DNA of 64,000 bases, taken from contig SMSO01000031.1 of NCBI GenBank assembly GCA_004764695.1, positions 9,344,761-9,408,760 on the forward strand, in the 5' to 3' direction. The DNA is from Schizochytrium sp. TIO01 (taxonomy: Eukaryota; Protista; Bigyra: Labyrinthulomycetes). This document shows, piece after piece, positions 1 to 12,100 of the stretch (the first letter of the stretch is position 1; each line of letters begins with the position of its first letter). The notes below the pieces were generated by a model. It was given only the letters and a program-made list of their open reading frames with translations, ran no database searches and had not been told where the DNA came from. A program made the translations under genes and the position numbers.

Positions 1-29
1 CGTCGACTTTGGGTATCAGTCTATGCCGA

Positions 30-432
30 TGCTGAGATATCCAGTTGATTGAAAGGACTAGTGGACAAGATATTGCTAGAGATCTAGGCGTTCCATTGCA
101 AGACCTCATGGATTTAGGACCTTTATAGGCATAGAACTAGACAACCAGACTTGGGTGATTGAGAAGCCATGAGCCGAAAGCGTGCATACATATTAAGTAT
201 GGTACAACTTTTATTAAATGGTTGAATAGGTTGAATTAACCTAACTTCGTCATCTCTATCTAACACAGGTCAAGCATATCTTAGCCCAAATGAATCGATC
301 TGTCTTGGAATTTATTTCACAAGGACAGCAGTTCGCTAACTCTCAAAATCAATCTCTTAATGCCTTTAGTCGAGACTCCTGCCTTCTCTTCATAGTCAAC
401 CACCAGCTGATCAAATTCATCCTTCAGCAGCC
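30..432 (+). repeat. Copy A of a degenerate ~400-bp dispersed repeat family
   Basis: Shares ordered blocks GCTGAGAT.., ACTAGTGGACAAGAyATTGCTA, AACCTAAC, AGGACAGCAGTTCGCTAACTC, CCTGCCTTC..CTTCAyAGTCAAC and TTCAGCAG with the reverse complement of 42025-42430 and 40545-40960, and with 47012-47445. Strand is arbitrary (defined by this copy). Confidence 0.85.
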
Positions 433-1964
433 GATGAAGCAAGAAAACTGCATAGGACTGTTTTTCTACTCGTTCTTAAATTGTTAAGTTACCGTGTTAC
501 CATGGATCCCATGTTTCCGTAATTACACCCAGCCATGGTACGCTGATATGCTTTTGATTAGATTATCTAATGGGGTTTTCCCAGGAGAACGATAGTAAAT
601 TGGACGTGAATGTTGGAAGCCAGGCTGGTCAGAATGATAGGTATCTGTAACTTCTTCCACCTTTTTCCAGACCTTGATAGCCTGCTCGCTTTTGATATTT
701 ATTATTTTTATTATTTTTTTGAAAAAGAACTTGGTAGACTATTATTGTCTTAACTGGCATAAGGAATGGTAGGGTATGATATTTTCGTATGGATCTCATG
801 CATCACGAATAGGTCTCCCAAATATATTGAGCTTTCTATGCGCGCAAAGTAAGGTGTCTGCAACACCCAGTGCCGAAGACAATAAAGGGCGCCAACAAAT
901 GCATTCATATTGATCTTGAAGAAAAGAAAAAGAAAAAGAAAGAAAGGAAGAATAGAGGCTGAGGCTTTCTCAGGGTCCTGATCATTTCCTTTCATGAGGT
1001 AATCAAGTTGTATTTTTTAGGACCACGGAAAGTCTATAGCCCATGGAGAACTCTACTCCCTATTCTCGCGAGAAATTTGAAATGAAAATTAAGAAACGTA
1101 GAAAACGTAGAGATAAGCACCTAGCTTTGTTGGTTCTGGTTTCGCCATCGCTTTGAAGTAGTCAAAGACGACTCTAGCTAATTGTTTTACTTGGCAAAGA
1201 CTTAGGCAAGTGGGAACATCTTGTTTTGCCTGGTCTTAACGGGAATAAAGGCTTTAATTCTTCCCTGGGGCTGTGCGAGAATCAAATTTTGAGTGAGAGT
1301 TAAAGAGATAGTGTTATTCCTGTAATGTTGGTTCTAAAACGTTGAACGAGAGAAATAACGTGAAGTGAGCACAGGTTGACGGCACCAACAAGCTAAGACA
1401 AAAGAAGTACAAAAGGTCACGACTTAGTGCTTCAGTGCACTGGGATCCTCTTCCCTGATGTGCCCCAGTCTGCCGAATCCCTTTGGTGCATCCATTCGTC
1501 TATGTTGAACAGTATTTGCTCAGTCTCAGAAGCGAGCATTAAAGTGAAAAGTTATGAAACACTTGACATCAGCAGATGTTTTCACCATTCTTTCAAGCCG
1601 TATAGGTAGTTAGTTACCTACTTCTAAAGATCAATTGAAAAGACTTTGGCGTTGGCACTGATACTCGAAGTCCTTGTTCTTTCAATATTATATAAAAGAA
1701 ACAAGCAGGCTCTCATTAATTAGATTGAGGTAATGGCGGTAGTTAGATTCCCAGTTTTCTTCCATTCGGCCCTCCATTCTTACTCCCTCTCTCTAACTGG
1801 TGAAGTAGAACAAACTCCGTGTCGCTGGGGAGAATAGCTTGAATGCGACCAACTAATAAAGGATTCATGTCGCCGCCCTACCAACTACGGTAGAGTTGAA
1901 GGTCAGGAAAGCAAGCATCATGCTAGTAGAGTCTTTGAAGAAAAAAAAAGAAGTCAAATAAAAT

Positions 1965-2034
1965 ATACATACATACATACATACATACATACATACATAC
2001 ATACATACATACATACATACATACATACATACAT
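1965..2034. repeat. (ATAC)n microsatellite, ~17 units
   Basis: Perfect tetranucleotide run read directly. Confidence 0.98.
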
Positions 2035-3144
2035 GGTAGGTAGTAAGTAGTCCCAGGTCATAGTGAGGTAGGTAGGGGGTATCTATGAGGATGTAGGAGT
2101 GTGCCTTTAGCTATGTAAGTAGCGGGAACTTGAACGGTCGTTAGGATCGAAGCCTAAAATGGGGTGTTGCATTTTCAAGAAGAACAAGCAAGATCAATGA
2201 CTATCGCAGTCTCAGGAGTCTCAGCATCAAAGAATGCCCTCAGAATATTTTAAAGCCAAGAGAGAAGCGGACAGAGAGAGGCGGTGCCTAGTGTCTGGTC
2301 AGCTCTCAAATTGAGAGTAGGCTATATTTCGTGAATTCGTACTCTCTAGAGAGAACCACCTGACCAGTTATAAAGAATGGCATGCTACCTAGTGTCCCTA
2401 CTACCATTTGTATTAGTGAGATCCTTCAACTAAATACTTGAACACCTAAGTCAGTTGTACTACCTACTTAGGTAGTTAGGAAGAATGACAGGAATTCCAG
2501 CCGAGTTATAATTCCCGTCCGGCCTCGAATTGCTCACTGATCAACATTGCATTCAAGCTATTCTTACGCGCGAAAACGAGAGTAGTAAGAGGTATTAAGA
2601 GAGTCTGCAGTGCGTTAAGTAAGGAGAACGAAGTAAAAATAACAACTTAAGATCATGACTATAGTTGTGATGCATTTTGTTTTTACTTTATTTGTTTCTT
2701 CGAAGTATAATATAGGATTACTTCTTTTACTTTCTTAGAAAAATGAAGTTTTAAAAAAATGAAATAAAAAGTCTGCAAAGTTTAACATCGATCAATCAAA
2801 CAACCAAACTTGAGCAGACCTCGCTCTCCTTCCCTTCATTCGCCCGTCGTTGCGCGGATTGGACACGAGAAGCAGCAACGGAGGGTGGGAGGGAGGGAAG
2901 TGAGGAAGCACGCTAGCACGTAGGCCCGGCAAGAGCGCTCGACAGCGGACGCGAGTGAGGGCGCTTTGCCGGAGCAGGCAGAGGCGAAGATAGACAGGTA
3001 GATAGCCGCGAGTAAGAGCACTGTACTTGCTATAGATTTGGCTAATTAAGCACCTAGGCAAAGAAGCAGCTGAGGCCAAAACAAAAAGGAAAAGGTTATA
3101 GAATAAGTAAATAATCGATCAAACGTCGATCAATAAATCTCAGG

Positions 3145-6100
3145 ATGGCGCTCACGCGACGCAACATCCAGGCCGCCTTGGACGAGCCTCCGTACGAAAT
3201 GGAGGACGTGCCAAGGTGCCAGAGAAACCTTGAGGGTTCATGCATTGTAAGGGTGACAGAGAGACAATTATGGCTAGAAATGCTGGGAGAGCTCCTGCAG
3301 GTCTGCAACGAAGCTGCACTTCGGTTCGAGGCTCGATGCAAAGCTGAGATAGATAAAATCAAAGATGAACACGATAAGTTGCGAAGGGAGCAAATTTTGC
3401 AGCAGATCCAAAGTCAGATTCAGATTGACAGCCAGAGCCAAAGTCATCAAAGTCAACAGCAGCAACACCACAAGACCCCGAAAAAGAAAGTCCATGTCTC
3501 GCAGCAAACAGCAGGGACCTCTGCAACATATTCTGCCAGTGGGACTAAAGCAGGCCATGGAGCCCAATCTATTGCTGCCTCTACATCCGCAGGGGGGTCT
3601 TCAATCCCAGATGTTCCCTTGGAACCGTTGAAAATCCCATATAGCCTCGTGCCCATCCACACTGGCAAACCCCTTTCTATTGAGTACATGGCAGATCGTC
3701 TTGATCTTGATGACCCCTTGATAGGATACACTGTCCGCACGCTCAAGGAAGGTTGGATGCAAGGCTTTATTACTATTTCTACTTTCACATCCTGGCAAAG
3801 GTGGTTCCGCTGGGACTCGCTAAGCGACGAGGCCGGAATGTTGATGTTTGACACGAGTGGTACTGGCATGGACGCATTACACAGTATGGGTGTACAGAAC
3901 CTCGACCCCGACAACCCCGCTACAGAGTGGTGGATGGATCGCAATGTAGATGGGACTGGCGAGCTTGCGGCAGCTTTAAATGCTGAAATCCGCGATGGAG
4001 ATCCAGATGGCGAGGGCGTTATTTGGCCGCATGTAGCAGAACTCTCATTACTTGGTGGACTGGGTTGTGGAGGTGCATTGGTGAAACTCATTATTGATGA
4101 ACTAGAAAGTGAAAACTCCCCGTATAATTACTGTGTTCTACAAGCTACAGAGAATTCTATTCCTTTCTACGAATCGCAAGGTTTCATTCGCGTGGGTGCC
4201 ATTGCTCGGTACTTTCAGAAGCCTGAACAGCGATCAAGCAAAACTGCCGCGCAGATTCCCGTTGCCATCCCAATGCGGTCACCAACAAGAACTGTCGAAC
4301 ATCACGCACGCCCTCAAGTTCCTCGATTCCCTGGTGGCGGGCTAGAACCTTCTGCTGATACAGAGAAGGATCCCAACAAAAGTGTAGATGTAAAGTTTGA
4401 CGAGGACGATGGCATAGACAACAATAGAATTGAAGCACAGCATTCTTACCAGGGACAACAAGAAGCAGGGCTTCCCGTGCACACTCTTCAACCACGATCA
4501 AAGCGAGACACACGCTCTAAAAATCAGAGCATAGTTACTGAAAAAGAAGTTGAGGAAGCATCTACCGGGAAGCGCCGCATTCTACCAAGGCGAGTATCAT
4601 TGTCTCGTGCTGCCGCAACGCCCCCTCCTGTAGAGTCAAAAGAAGACTCGACTGATATCCGAGGTACTGATCACCTGCGTGACCAGAAGCAACCCGAGAG
4701 TAGTTTCCCACAAGCACCAGAGCTGCGCGGAGCTAGTAGCCGTTTCCTTTGGCATAGAGTCAAATCAAGCTCTACGCCCACGTGCCGGGATCTAGCACGA
4801 AAGTACGGCATACAAGCGAGTGATCTTGTATTCATGAATCGCCGGTTGTACCAAGGTCTCAAGGAGTCTTCTAAGCTAGTTGATGGAACAATGATGCGAG
4901 TTCCTCAATTTCCTAAATTTGTAAACGCGTTGAATCATTCGCCACCTCAAGTAAAGCCGGCCAAATCTCATGAAACTGTGCGCTTGGTGACAAATGACAC
5001 AAAACTTGGTCGTGAAAGTAGCAATGGGCTTTGGTATCAAGCTGTTGATAATGAGTCTCCAAGAACAATTGCAAATCGTTTGGGTCTGGATGTACGGAAG
5101 CTTATTCAAATGAACGCGAGTACATTTCCAGATCTTAACATCACTGCTCCTCTTATGCAAGGGACAATTCTACGCTTGCCGCGCCGAGCAAAGCCTTTGC
5201 GCCCTGTAGATCCCGAGATAGAAGAGTTTGAGCAAGATTGGGGCTTTGGGCATGATGATGCAAACCTCGAAAACCTCACCGAGGTTATGACTTACCGTCA
5301 TTGGAGTTTTTCCGATGACCCAGTGGATATGTCCGTGGCTTCATACATGATGGTGCGGCCGCTCGTAAAACGGAAGTCTGGCGCGCCACTCACACCTATT
5401 GCAGAGCTTGCTCAAAAACGTTCTGGAGGTATCAACACTGTCCCTTCTCAATGGGCGTATGGAAGTCTCGAGCATGAATCGCCTTCAGCTGAAGATGATT
5501 TTACAGGGACAGAAAATCCAGGTGCGCCTGAGCCCAAATACACAAATACTGGATCAGTTCAGTTCCGTGCCCCCACTCTGCAAAGCTCTTCATCATTCAA
5601 ATATGATCAAACATCTACCACATCAGCGCTGCTAGGATCTACCGGGAATAACATGCTTCGAACGCAAGCGAATGATAGCATCGCAGTTAAGCTTAAAAGT
5701 GAAGATAACATCGCTCGAGAGGGGTCCTCGCAAACAAAGCTCCACGCGGTGGTAACCCCTGGAAAGCATTCAGATGGTGGCGCAATCATGAAAACTGAAC
5801 CTGCTTCGTCTGGAGCGAGCATTTCTGCTGGAGACAGTTCTTTAACCAAATCCAATTTGCAAAGTGTACCAAGGCTTGCTTCTCAAAGCTGCGTGACCAC
5901 TGCAAGCAGAGCAGCTGAACCTAACAGTATCAAGACATCTGTTCTCAATGGACCCGATGTTGTTAACATGAGCAAGGATGTGAACGTAAAAGAGACACAT
6001 GGTGGTGCAAAACGCTTGAAGGTTGAACCTGCAAGTGGAAACCTGAAGATTATCAGTGATTCAGAACCAATGGACAAAGACGAAGAAGAGGGTGAGGGTG

Positions 6101-7593
6101 AGGAAATGGAACAAGAAGAAGAGCAAGAACCTGTGAGTGGATGGGGAATTGACACTCGCATCAAGGTTCGTATATTTTGTGAGAGCTTAATGACGTCTAC
6201 TGTAGAAGACTCAAACGGAGGGCCATTTTACGCGCGCCGACCTGGATTTCCTGAAACACCTCTCAGCACCCCAGCTGGGGATCAAGGGAGCTTGGAGAAA
6301 GAATCTAGCGCAAAAGCTATTACGAAGGAGAAGATGAATGGCTCCGAGCCTGCTGCTCCCGAAGCCACAGAGGAAAAGGAAGACGATGTTAAAATAGCAT
6401 CTAGCATTGCCACCAATGAGACTCAGACCCCCTCAAAGAATAAAATGAGCACCTCAAGGAATGGAGAGTCTGGTGAGAATGAAACTGAGGAATTCACTGC
6501 TCCAACACCAAAAAGAACATCTGCTAGACAGTCTGCACGAAAAAAACAGAGCGTAGGCAGTCATAGCAGTGCTGTGATTGAAGATGCTATTGTAATGCGT
6601 ACGCGAAGTGGGCCCAAAATGAAGCTTTTCAGCGGTGGAGAAACAAAAGCAAGGGTTTTCCTCGTTGGGTCACCTTACATTGGTCGCCCATGCTGGGCCC
6701 AACTTTCTCGTCCCTTGAGAGCCCCCATTCCGGAACTTAAGACTCCAATTAGACCGCGACGCCCTTTGACAGCCTATATGCATTACAATGCGCTTGCTCG
6801 TGACGACATGAAGAACAAACATCCCGATGCTGATTTTCAGGGCCTAGCCCGGATTATGGGTGAAGCGTGGCGTAACATGACTGATTCTGAACGGGAGATT
6901 TACAATCGAAGGGCTGAAGTGGATAAACGAAAGTATGATCAAGCGATGCTTGTTTACGAACGGGAGCTTCGGAAATATCAGGAGGCGAAGGGCCTTACCA
7001 GGCCAAATAGCACCCCAACTAACAGCGGCGACAACAGTAACAGTAACAGTAGCAGTACCAGCGGTGTTATTGCAGCATCAAACGCATTGCGATCTTCGGT
7101 AGCCGTAGCCTTGAATCCGTTGATTCCCGCTAAACAACAGCGCCTTCTTGTGAATCAGGTTGTGCGTCTTGAGCCAAAGAGCGGAGCGGTAGCTCGGGAG
7201 CATTTTCTGAACAATCTAGATGATGAAAAGGAGCATACTGCAGTGGCAGAACATTGCAAGACTCACCGACGCCTCAGCCAACCAGACAAATTTTATTTTG
7301 TCCTAACGTATATTCCGGATCTGTTTTGGGCACGCCTTGCACCTATGCAGCAATCAGGATTCTTTACTGATCCAGATTACAAGTATGCTAAACATCGTGG
7401 AAGACCAAAGTGGGTACTTGTTCCGGAAGAACAAGCACAAGAGATTGATGTTTCTGCGCAGCGGTGTGTCCTTGTCAAGTCATGTGCTGTTAAGCGTACT
7501 GCTGACGCTGACAATGAAGAGTGGGATCTCTTCACCGATGTCGAAGTAAAAGTTGGCGAAGAAATGCGCAAGAACAAACGAAAGAAAAAGTGA
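3145..7593 (+). CDS. 1482-aa multidomain protein: GNAT-type acetyltransferase domain, two LysM-like domains, HMG box, C-terminal basic NLS-like tail
   Basis: Uninterrupted ORF. GNAT motifs ELSLLGGLGCGGALV...VLQATENSIPFYESQGF (~4030-4200). LysM-like WHRVKSSSTPTCRDLARKYGIQASDLVFMN...GTMMRVP (~4750-4905) and WYQAVDNESPRTIANRLGLDVRKLIQMN...GTILRLP (~5030-5180). HMG box PRRPLTAYMHY...IMGEAWRNMTDSEREIYNRRAEVDKRKYDQAM (~6750-6960). Ends RKNKRKKK. Confidence 0.88.
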   Translation: MALTRRNIQAALDEPPYEMEDVPRCQRNLEGSCIVRVTERQLWLEMLGELLQVCNEAALRFEARCKAEIDKIKDEHDKLRREQILQQIQSQIQIDSQSQSHQSQQQQHHKTPKKKVHVSQQTAGTSATYSASGTKAGHGAQSIAASTSAGGSSIPDVPLEPLKIPYSLVPIHTGKPLSIEYMADRLDLDDPLIGYTVRTLKEGWMQGFITISTFTSWQRWFRWDSLSDEAGMLMFDTSGTGMDALHSMGVQNLDPDNPATEWWMDRNVDGTGELAAALNAEIRDGDPDGEGVIWPHVAELSLLGGLGCGGALVKLIIDELESENSPYNYCVLQATENSIPFYESQGFIRVGAIARYFQKPEQRSSKTAAQIPVAIPMRSPTRTVEHHARPQVPRFPGGGLEPSADTEKDPNKSVDVKFDEDDGIDNNRIEAQHSYQGQQEAGLPVHTLQPRSKRDTRSKNQSIVTEKEVEEASTGKRRILPRRVSLSRAAATPPPVESKEDSTDIRGTDHLRDQKQPESSFPQAPELRGASSRFLWHRVKSSSTPTCRDLARKYGIQASDLVFMNRRLYQGLKESSKLVDGTMMRVPQFPKFVNALNHSPPQVKPAKSHETVRLVTNDTKLGRESSNGLWYQAVDNESPRTIANRLGLDVRKLIQMNASTFPDLNITAPLMQGTILRLPRRAKPLRPVDPEIEEFEQDWGFGHDDANLENLTEVMTYRHWSFSDDPVDMSVASYMMVRPLVKRKSGAPLTPIAELAQKRSGGINTVPSQWAYGSLEHESPSAEDDFTGTENPGAPEPKYTNTGSVQFRAPTLQSSSSFKYDQTSTTSALLGSTGNNMLRTQANDSIAVKLKSEDNIAREGSSQTKLHAVVTPGKHSDGGAIMKTEPASSGASISAGDSSLTKSNLQSVPRLASQSCVTTASRAAEPNSIKTSVLNGPDVVNMSKDVNVKETHGGAKRLKVEPASGNLKIISDSEPMDKDEEEGEGEEMEQEEEQEPVSGWGIDTRIKVRIFCESLMTSTVEDSNGGPFYARRPGFPETPLSTPAGDQGSLEKESSAKAITKEKMNGSEPAAPEATEEKEDDVKIASSIATNETQTPSKNKMSTSRNGESGENETEEFTAPTPKRTSARQSARKKQSVGSHSSAVIEDAIVMRTRSGPKMKLFSGGETKARVFLVGSPYIGRPCWAQLSRPLRAPIPELKTPIRPRRPLTAYMHYNALARDDMKNKHPDADFQGLARIMGEAWRNMTDSEREIYNRRAEVDKRKYDQAMLVYERELRKYQEAKGLTRPNSTPTNSGDNSNSNSSSTSGVIAASNALRSSVAVALNPLIPAKQQRLLVNQVVRLEPKSGAVAREHFLNNLDDEKEHTAVAEHCKTHRRLSQPDKFYFVLTYIPDLFWARLAPMQQSGFFTDPDYKYAKHRGRPKWVLVPEEQAQEIDVSAQRCVLVKSCAVKRTADADNEEWDLFTDVEVKVGEEMRKNKRKKK

Positions 7594-8306
7594 TAACTTA
7601 ATTGAGTACGTATATAAATGCATAAACATATATGGTAAAAAAAAAAATATGAAAAAAGATCTAGAACAACGGACTAGCATGTCAAATGCTTGACGAAGAA
7701 GCTATGATTCCATTACCTTGGTTCAAATCACGATTCAAGATATAAAAAAGGTAGACAACTAGCAGTCTAATTCATTCTGCTTTTATTTTTATTTTAAAAG
7801 AAAGTATAATGACTACTTTCTCTAGGTATACATTCTTTGTAATATCAAGAAGCATGCTGGGCAACACTGGCTGGCCTACCAAGCTTGCAATAACCAAAAA
7901 CAAGTAAGAATAATCTCTTCTTATTTTTATGTAATTTAAATTATTCTCTATTTCTTATCAGCAGTCTAACCAGTATACAACATCATCCTTGTGGCTGATA
8001 CTGATTACAAGACATGTGACTACATGTTGAGACATCCTTTCAGATACATGATTTGAAAATATTTGAAGATTGGATTTTAAAATGAAAAACAGAATTAGGG
8101 ATTGAAAGTGTTGACACATAATCACAGCACTGTAGCTTTGTAGCTATGTATAATGATAGTTGTATCGGCATATAGTCAAATGACAAATCCACCTCAATGG
8201 ATCTTAAGATAGAGGCAGCTGTGCGATGTCTGATTCGTGCAGCAGAGGAGCAACCCTGTTGCAAATATTTAGGAGCATGCCTATGTAAATGGCATGGTGC
8301 CACAGT

Positions 8307-9125
8307 TTAACTGCGACCAGCATCAGCACCAAAGGTGGCGTCCATGGGACGATCAATGTGAGAGCGCTCCATAATTCCGCGGGAACCCATTGCAAGACGT
8401 CCAGTTACATTCGGGTTGCTTGAAGGGCCTGAGGCATCAGCACCAAAGGTAAGGTTGCGCGAACGATCTAGAGAAAGGCGCTGCATGATACCACGGGAAC
8501 CGTTGTTCAACCGAGAAACTCCACCTCGGTCAGAAGACTGGCCGGACTGTTCAGCACCAAAGGTGATGTTGTGAGAAGTATCAAGTGCGGAGCGGTCCAT
8601 GATGCCTGCAGAGCCCATGTTCAATTTTGACACAGACGCAGATGCACGGCTCTTGGAGAGGCTCCAGCGCTTGATGAAGGACTTGCGAGCCTCTTTGGGA
8701 GCAATGCTGGGGCCCTTGAATCCATTGCGGTCAGCAGAGCGGCTGAATGCGATGATTCCACTCGTCACGTTGACGATTGACACACGGTCGTAGAGATCAG
8801 GGACAGTGAAAAGGTCAGCCTCAGTCATGTTGAGCTCGCTACGGCACGCACGCAAGAAGTTGGAGATGTTCTCCATCATCTTGAAGGGCATCTTACTCTC
8901 GTTGATCTTGCGAATCGCACCTGGCTTGACATGGTTCATCATGAGGCAGAGGAGCACACCGTCGTGGAGGGACTCAAGCATGTCGTCGCTTTCAAAGTGC
9001 TTTCCAGAGAGCTGCTCAACATAGTCGCGAACCTTACGCTCAGCTTCTGGGTCGCGCTTCGAGGCTTCATGCTCCGCAAGCTCCTTGTCAAGGCCGAACT
9101 TGGCTTGGCTACGAAACTCTGCCAT
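8307..9125 (-). CDS. Calponin/transgelin-like actin-binding protein (calponin-homology domain plus three C-terminal repeats)
   Basis: CH-domain motifs LESLHDGVLLCLMMNHVKPG, MPFKMMENISNFLRAC and DLFTVPDLY. Three ~39-aa repeats LxxGSxGIMxRxxxDxxxxxTFGA follow. Strong codon bias. Confidence 0.92.
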   Translation of the reverse strand: MAEFRSQAKFGLDKELAEHEASKRDPEAERKVRDYVEQLSGKHFESDDMLESLHDGVLLCLMMNHVKPGAIRKINESKMPFKMMENISNFLRACRSELNMTEADLFTVPDLYDRVSIVNVTSGIIAFSRSADRNGFKGPSIAPKEARKSFIKRWSLSKSRASASVSKLNMGSAGIMDRSALDTSHNITFGAEQSGQSSDRGGVSRLNNGSRGIMQRLSLDRSRNLTFGADASGPSSNPNVTGRLAMGSRGIMERSHIDRPMDATFGADAGRS

Positions 9126-12100
9126 TTTCTTGATGAGTTTTAGTCTGGCTAATCTAATAAGCTGAGATTACCTTTTGCTTGGTGGTTGAATGTATGCGAG
9201 TCTGCGTCTTCAGAGGAATCTGAGCGAAGACTCGTTGGGGAGGGAGTTGCGGGTTTGCTTTTGGTGGTGTTACTGATTTTCTGTTTCTTCTCCCGCTTTA
9301 GTAGAGTTTGGGGCGCTCTGCTATGTTCTTTCTGTTTTGTTAGTTACTTTCTGCACGTGCCGCACGACTCTTTCGAGTCCCTCTTTTGCATTTTCTTTTT
9401 TCTTTTTTCTTTTTCTTTCTTTATAACAATATATAGAAATAATCAATTTTAAAAAGCTTGCACACTGAGACAGGTATGCACACCAAGAAACTTTGATTTC
9501 TTTCTTCATACAAAGCTAACCAAGTAGTACGATCTTGTATTTCCTGTTTGTACTCAAATTGCAGTTAAACTCTTTAGGTTAGGTAGTGTCATGGTAAAGT
9601 AGTAAAAGATAAAACGAGACGCAGGTTCCTTCTTCTTTTGCCATCTCCAGGAAGAGAGGAATTATACATTTATTTTTAAATCTCGTCCTAACGTTGCTGT
9701 GGAATGTTTTTTCCTATGCATGGGGTTTTTCCCATCTGCAACTTTCATGACTGTGCTGCTTGTATTTGCTGCCCGGAGGCGGCCCTTTCCTTCGATAGCT
9801 CTAGCCTTATATGAACTTCAATCTACAAATTATAAAGTCATTCCCCAAAGTGTAGAAATGAACGAGTGGTTAACACTCTCACCTTTTTTTCTTTCTTTAC
9901 TCTTTTTCCAAATACCCATTGAACTTATTTATAGCAATCAAAGCAACCGATCTCGTGGATGCTCTTCAACTCCACGCCTCTCTCAGTGCATCTGTTTGTC
10001 GAGACTATGAATTGTACATAAAGCCTAGAGCACTTTGGAGGGGGAAGCTACCAACCTTTCGGAAATAGAGGAGATTTGGAGCCTCCGAGTCTCAAAACGA
10101 ATTGCTCTTCCATTCATGGGTCTATTTTATATTTTATTTTTTCATCACAATAGCTCAAATTTATTCTCAAAGTTTCCATCTGCTCCTGATAATGGGTTCT
10201 ATCGAAGCAAACCTGATCGTGCAGAGTGGGCATGAGTGCGTGCAGGAGTGCGTGCAGATGCCCAGGAGTGTTTGTTTGTCGATCAACCAATGGTCTGCCT
10301 GTCTGTCTACAGGCTTTCATACTCAGGAAGTGCTTAAGGTTCTTCGGAAGTCACTTTCACAAAGACTCAGGGTCGCCGACATGCATGGCCCGTGCTAATA
10401 CAAATGGTGCTCATCTCTTTTCTCGTGCGTCGTTGCCTCTCTCCGCTGTCTTCAAGGCAGCTCATTTTTTTTATATAGTACATAAGTGTATAGTATAGTA
10501 TAGTATGTATATACATATATATATAATTATTTTCACTTAAGAGTATCTAGTACTGCTAACAACCTACCTAGCTAGATGCTACTACTGGCATTGACAAGCG
10601 TTTTGTTATTCCTTTCTTTCCCTCATTGAGTCTTCGTCATTCGTGCTGAGTGAGTGATTTTCTTTTCGTTTAGGCGCTGCAGTTCCCTCGAGGACCCCTT
10701 GATAAGGAACGCAAACATGAAAGTCTCTGCCCACTTTGGTTGCTCAGATAGCTAGCATGTATTGGCTGCCAGTGATTTTATTGAACCTTGCTATCCTCTT
10801 TGAACGGGATAGTTGTAGCTATTTCTTATTTAGTATCTTGATACATAACAAAAGCAATAGCTAATTTGGAGTGTGGGTTAGTATCGAGGTTGAGCAAGTC
10901 AAGCCTGTCGTCTTAAAACTAAACGGTGAGAGGCCCTGCTGCACGAGTGAGCTCAAAAAAATCAACATAATAGTGTTTGCCCAGTAGCCAACCACTCTAA
11001 AACTGGCGAAGGAAGAATTCTAATTGCCAAGTGATGCTGGCGGAGCCTCTGCACGATGGCCATCGCACACCTTGTTTTATATTCTATTGAAAATGAATAA
11101 ACAGTAAAACTCCTCAAATCACGACATGCGTACGTTGGAGAACAGACAACACTATCAACCTTGTCAACCATGCTCGTAAACCAGGATCTTGCACTAACTT
11201 CACTCGCTCACTAAATTATACCTAGATGAGATGACATCGTCGCAAGCTATGGCTTCTGATGTGCGGTAGCCATTATCACTTCTGGCTTCTTCTTTCTTGC
11301 TTTCTTTCTTTCTTTCTTTCTTTTTTCAACTAAGCAACCTCGCACTGGCAGTGAACGAAAGAGGGATCGAAGTGTCAAGGTTGTCTAGATATGTTTAGTA
11401 GGTAGATCCTAAACAAGACACACTCGCCTATATCTGAAGCAACACCATCACCGAGATGCCAACAGCAGAACAGACAAAGGTCCACCTCCCGTGAGGGACA
11501 TTGCTTGATTGCTTTGTTGTTTATCGATAAGTCGAACTAATGTTTGTCGCAGTGACAGACATTCTTTTTCTTTTCTTTTTTCAAGGTTTCTAGCTGGACA
11601 TGGACAGTAATACTATCGCAGAAGTTAATCTAGCTCTTTGATGAGGACCGTATCAAAGCCTGTGTTATGATGCAAGCAAGACAGGACAACGTTGCTAGGA
11701 AACCGCATTAGGAGCTGGAACAGAAACTCACTCCTATGCTGCCTATAATCAAAATGCAAAATATTAATTGTGTCATTTATCGTCCGAGCTGCAAAAAAGT
11801 CATCTTCAATTCTACAGAACAAAACAATGGCTCGTGGCATGATGATGACATCTCGCATTTACAAATAGAAGGTTGGCGACGACTTCGTCAAGTCTGGCTA
11901 GGCTTTCTTTGCGCGATCTTCTTCACCCACCTAGATTAATATCAGCCTCGGGCTATTTGGTTGGTTGATATTTTCATTGATTGACTCCATTCAATCTCAT
12001 TGACCCGTGTAACTATAGGCCAAAGTTCACGCTTCATTATCTTGGCACTTAGGCAGAGTTTACTCTAGAGATCTTTTGAACGGCCAAGCGCCCTCCGTTG

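Noticed and set aside
58-125. TSGQDIARDLGVPLQDLMDL as a LysM/HTH exon of a live gene
   Set aside because: Bounded by stops and part of the decayed repeat family. The coding strand of that family is unresolved.
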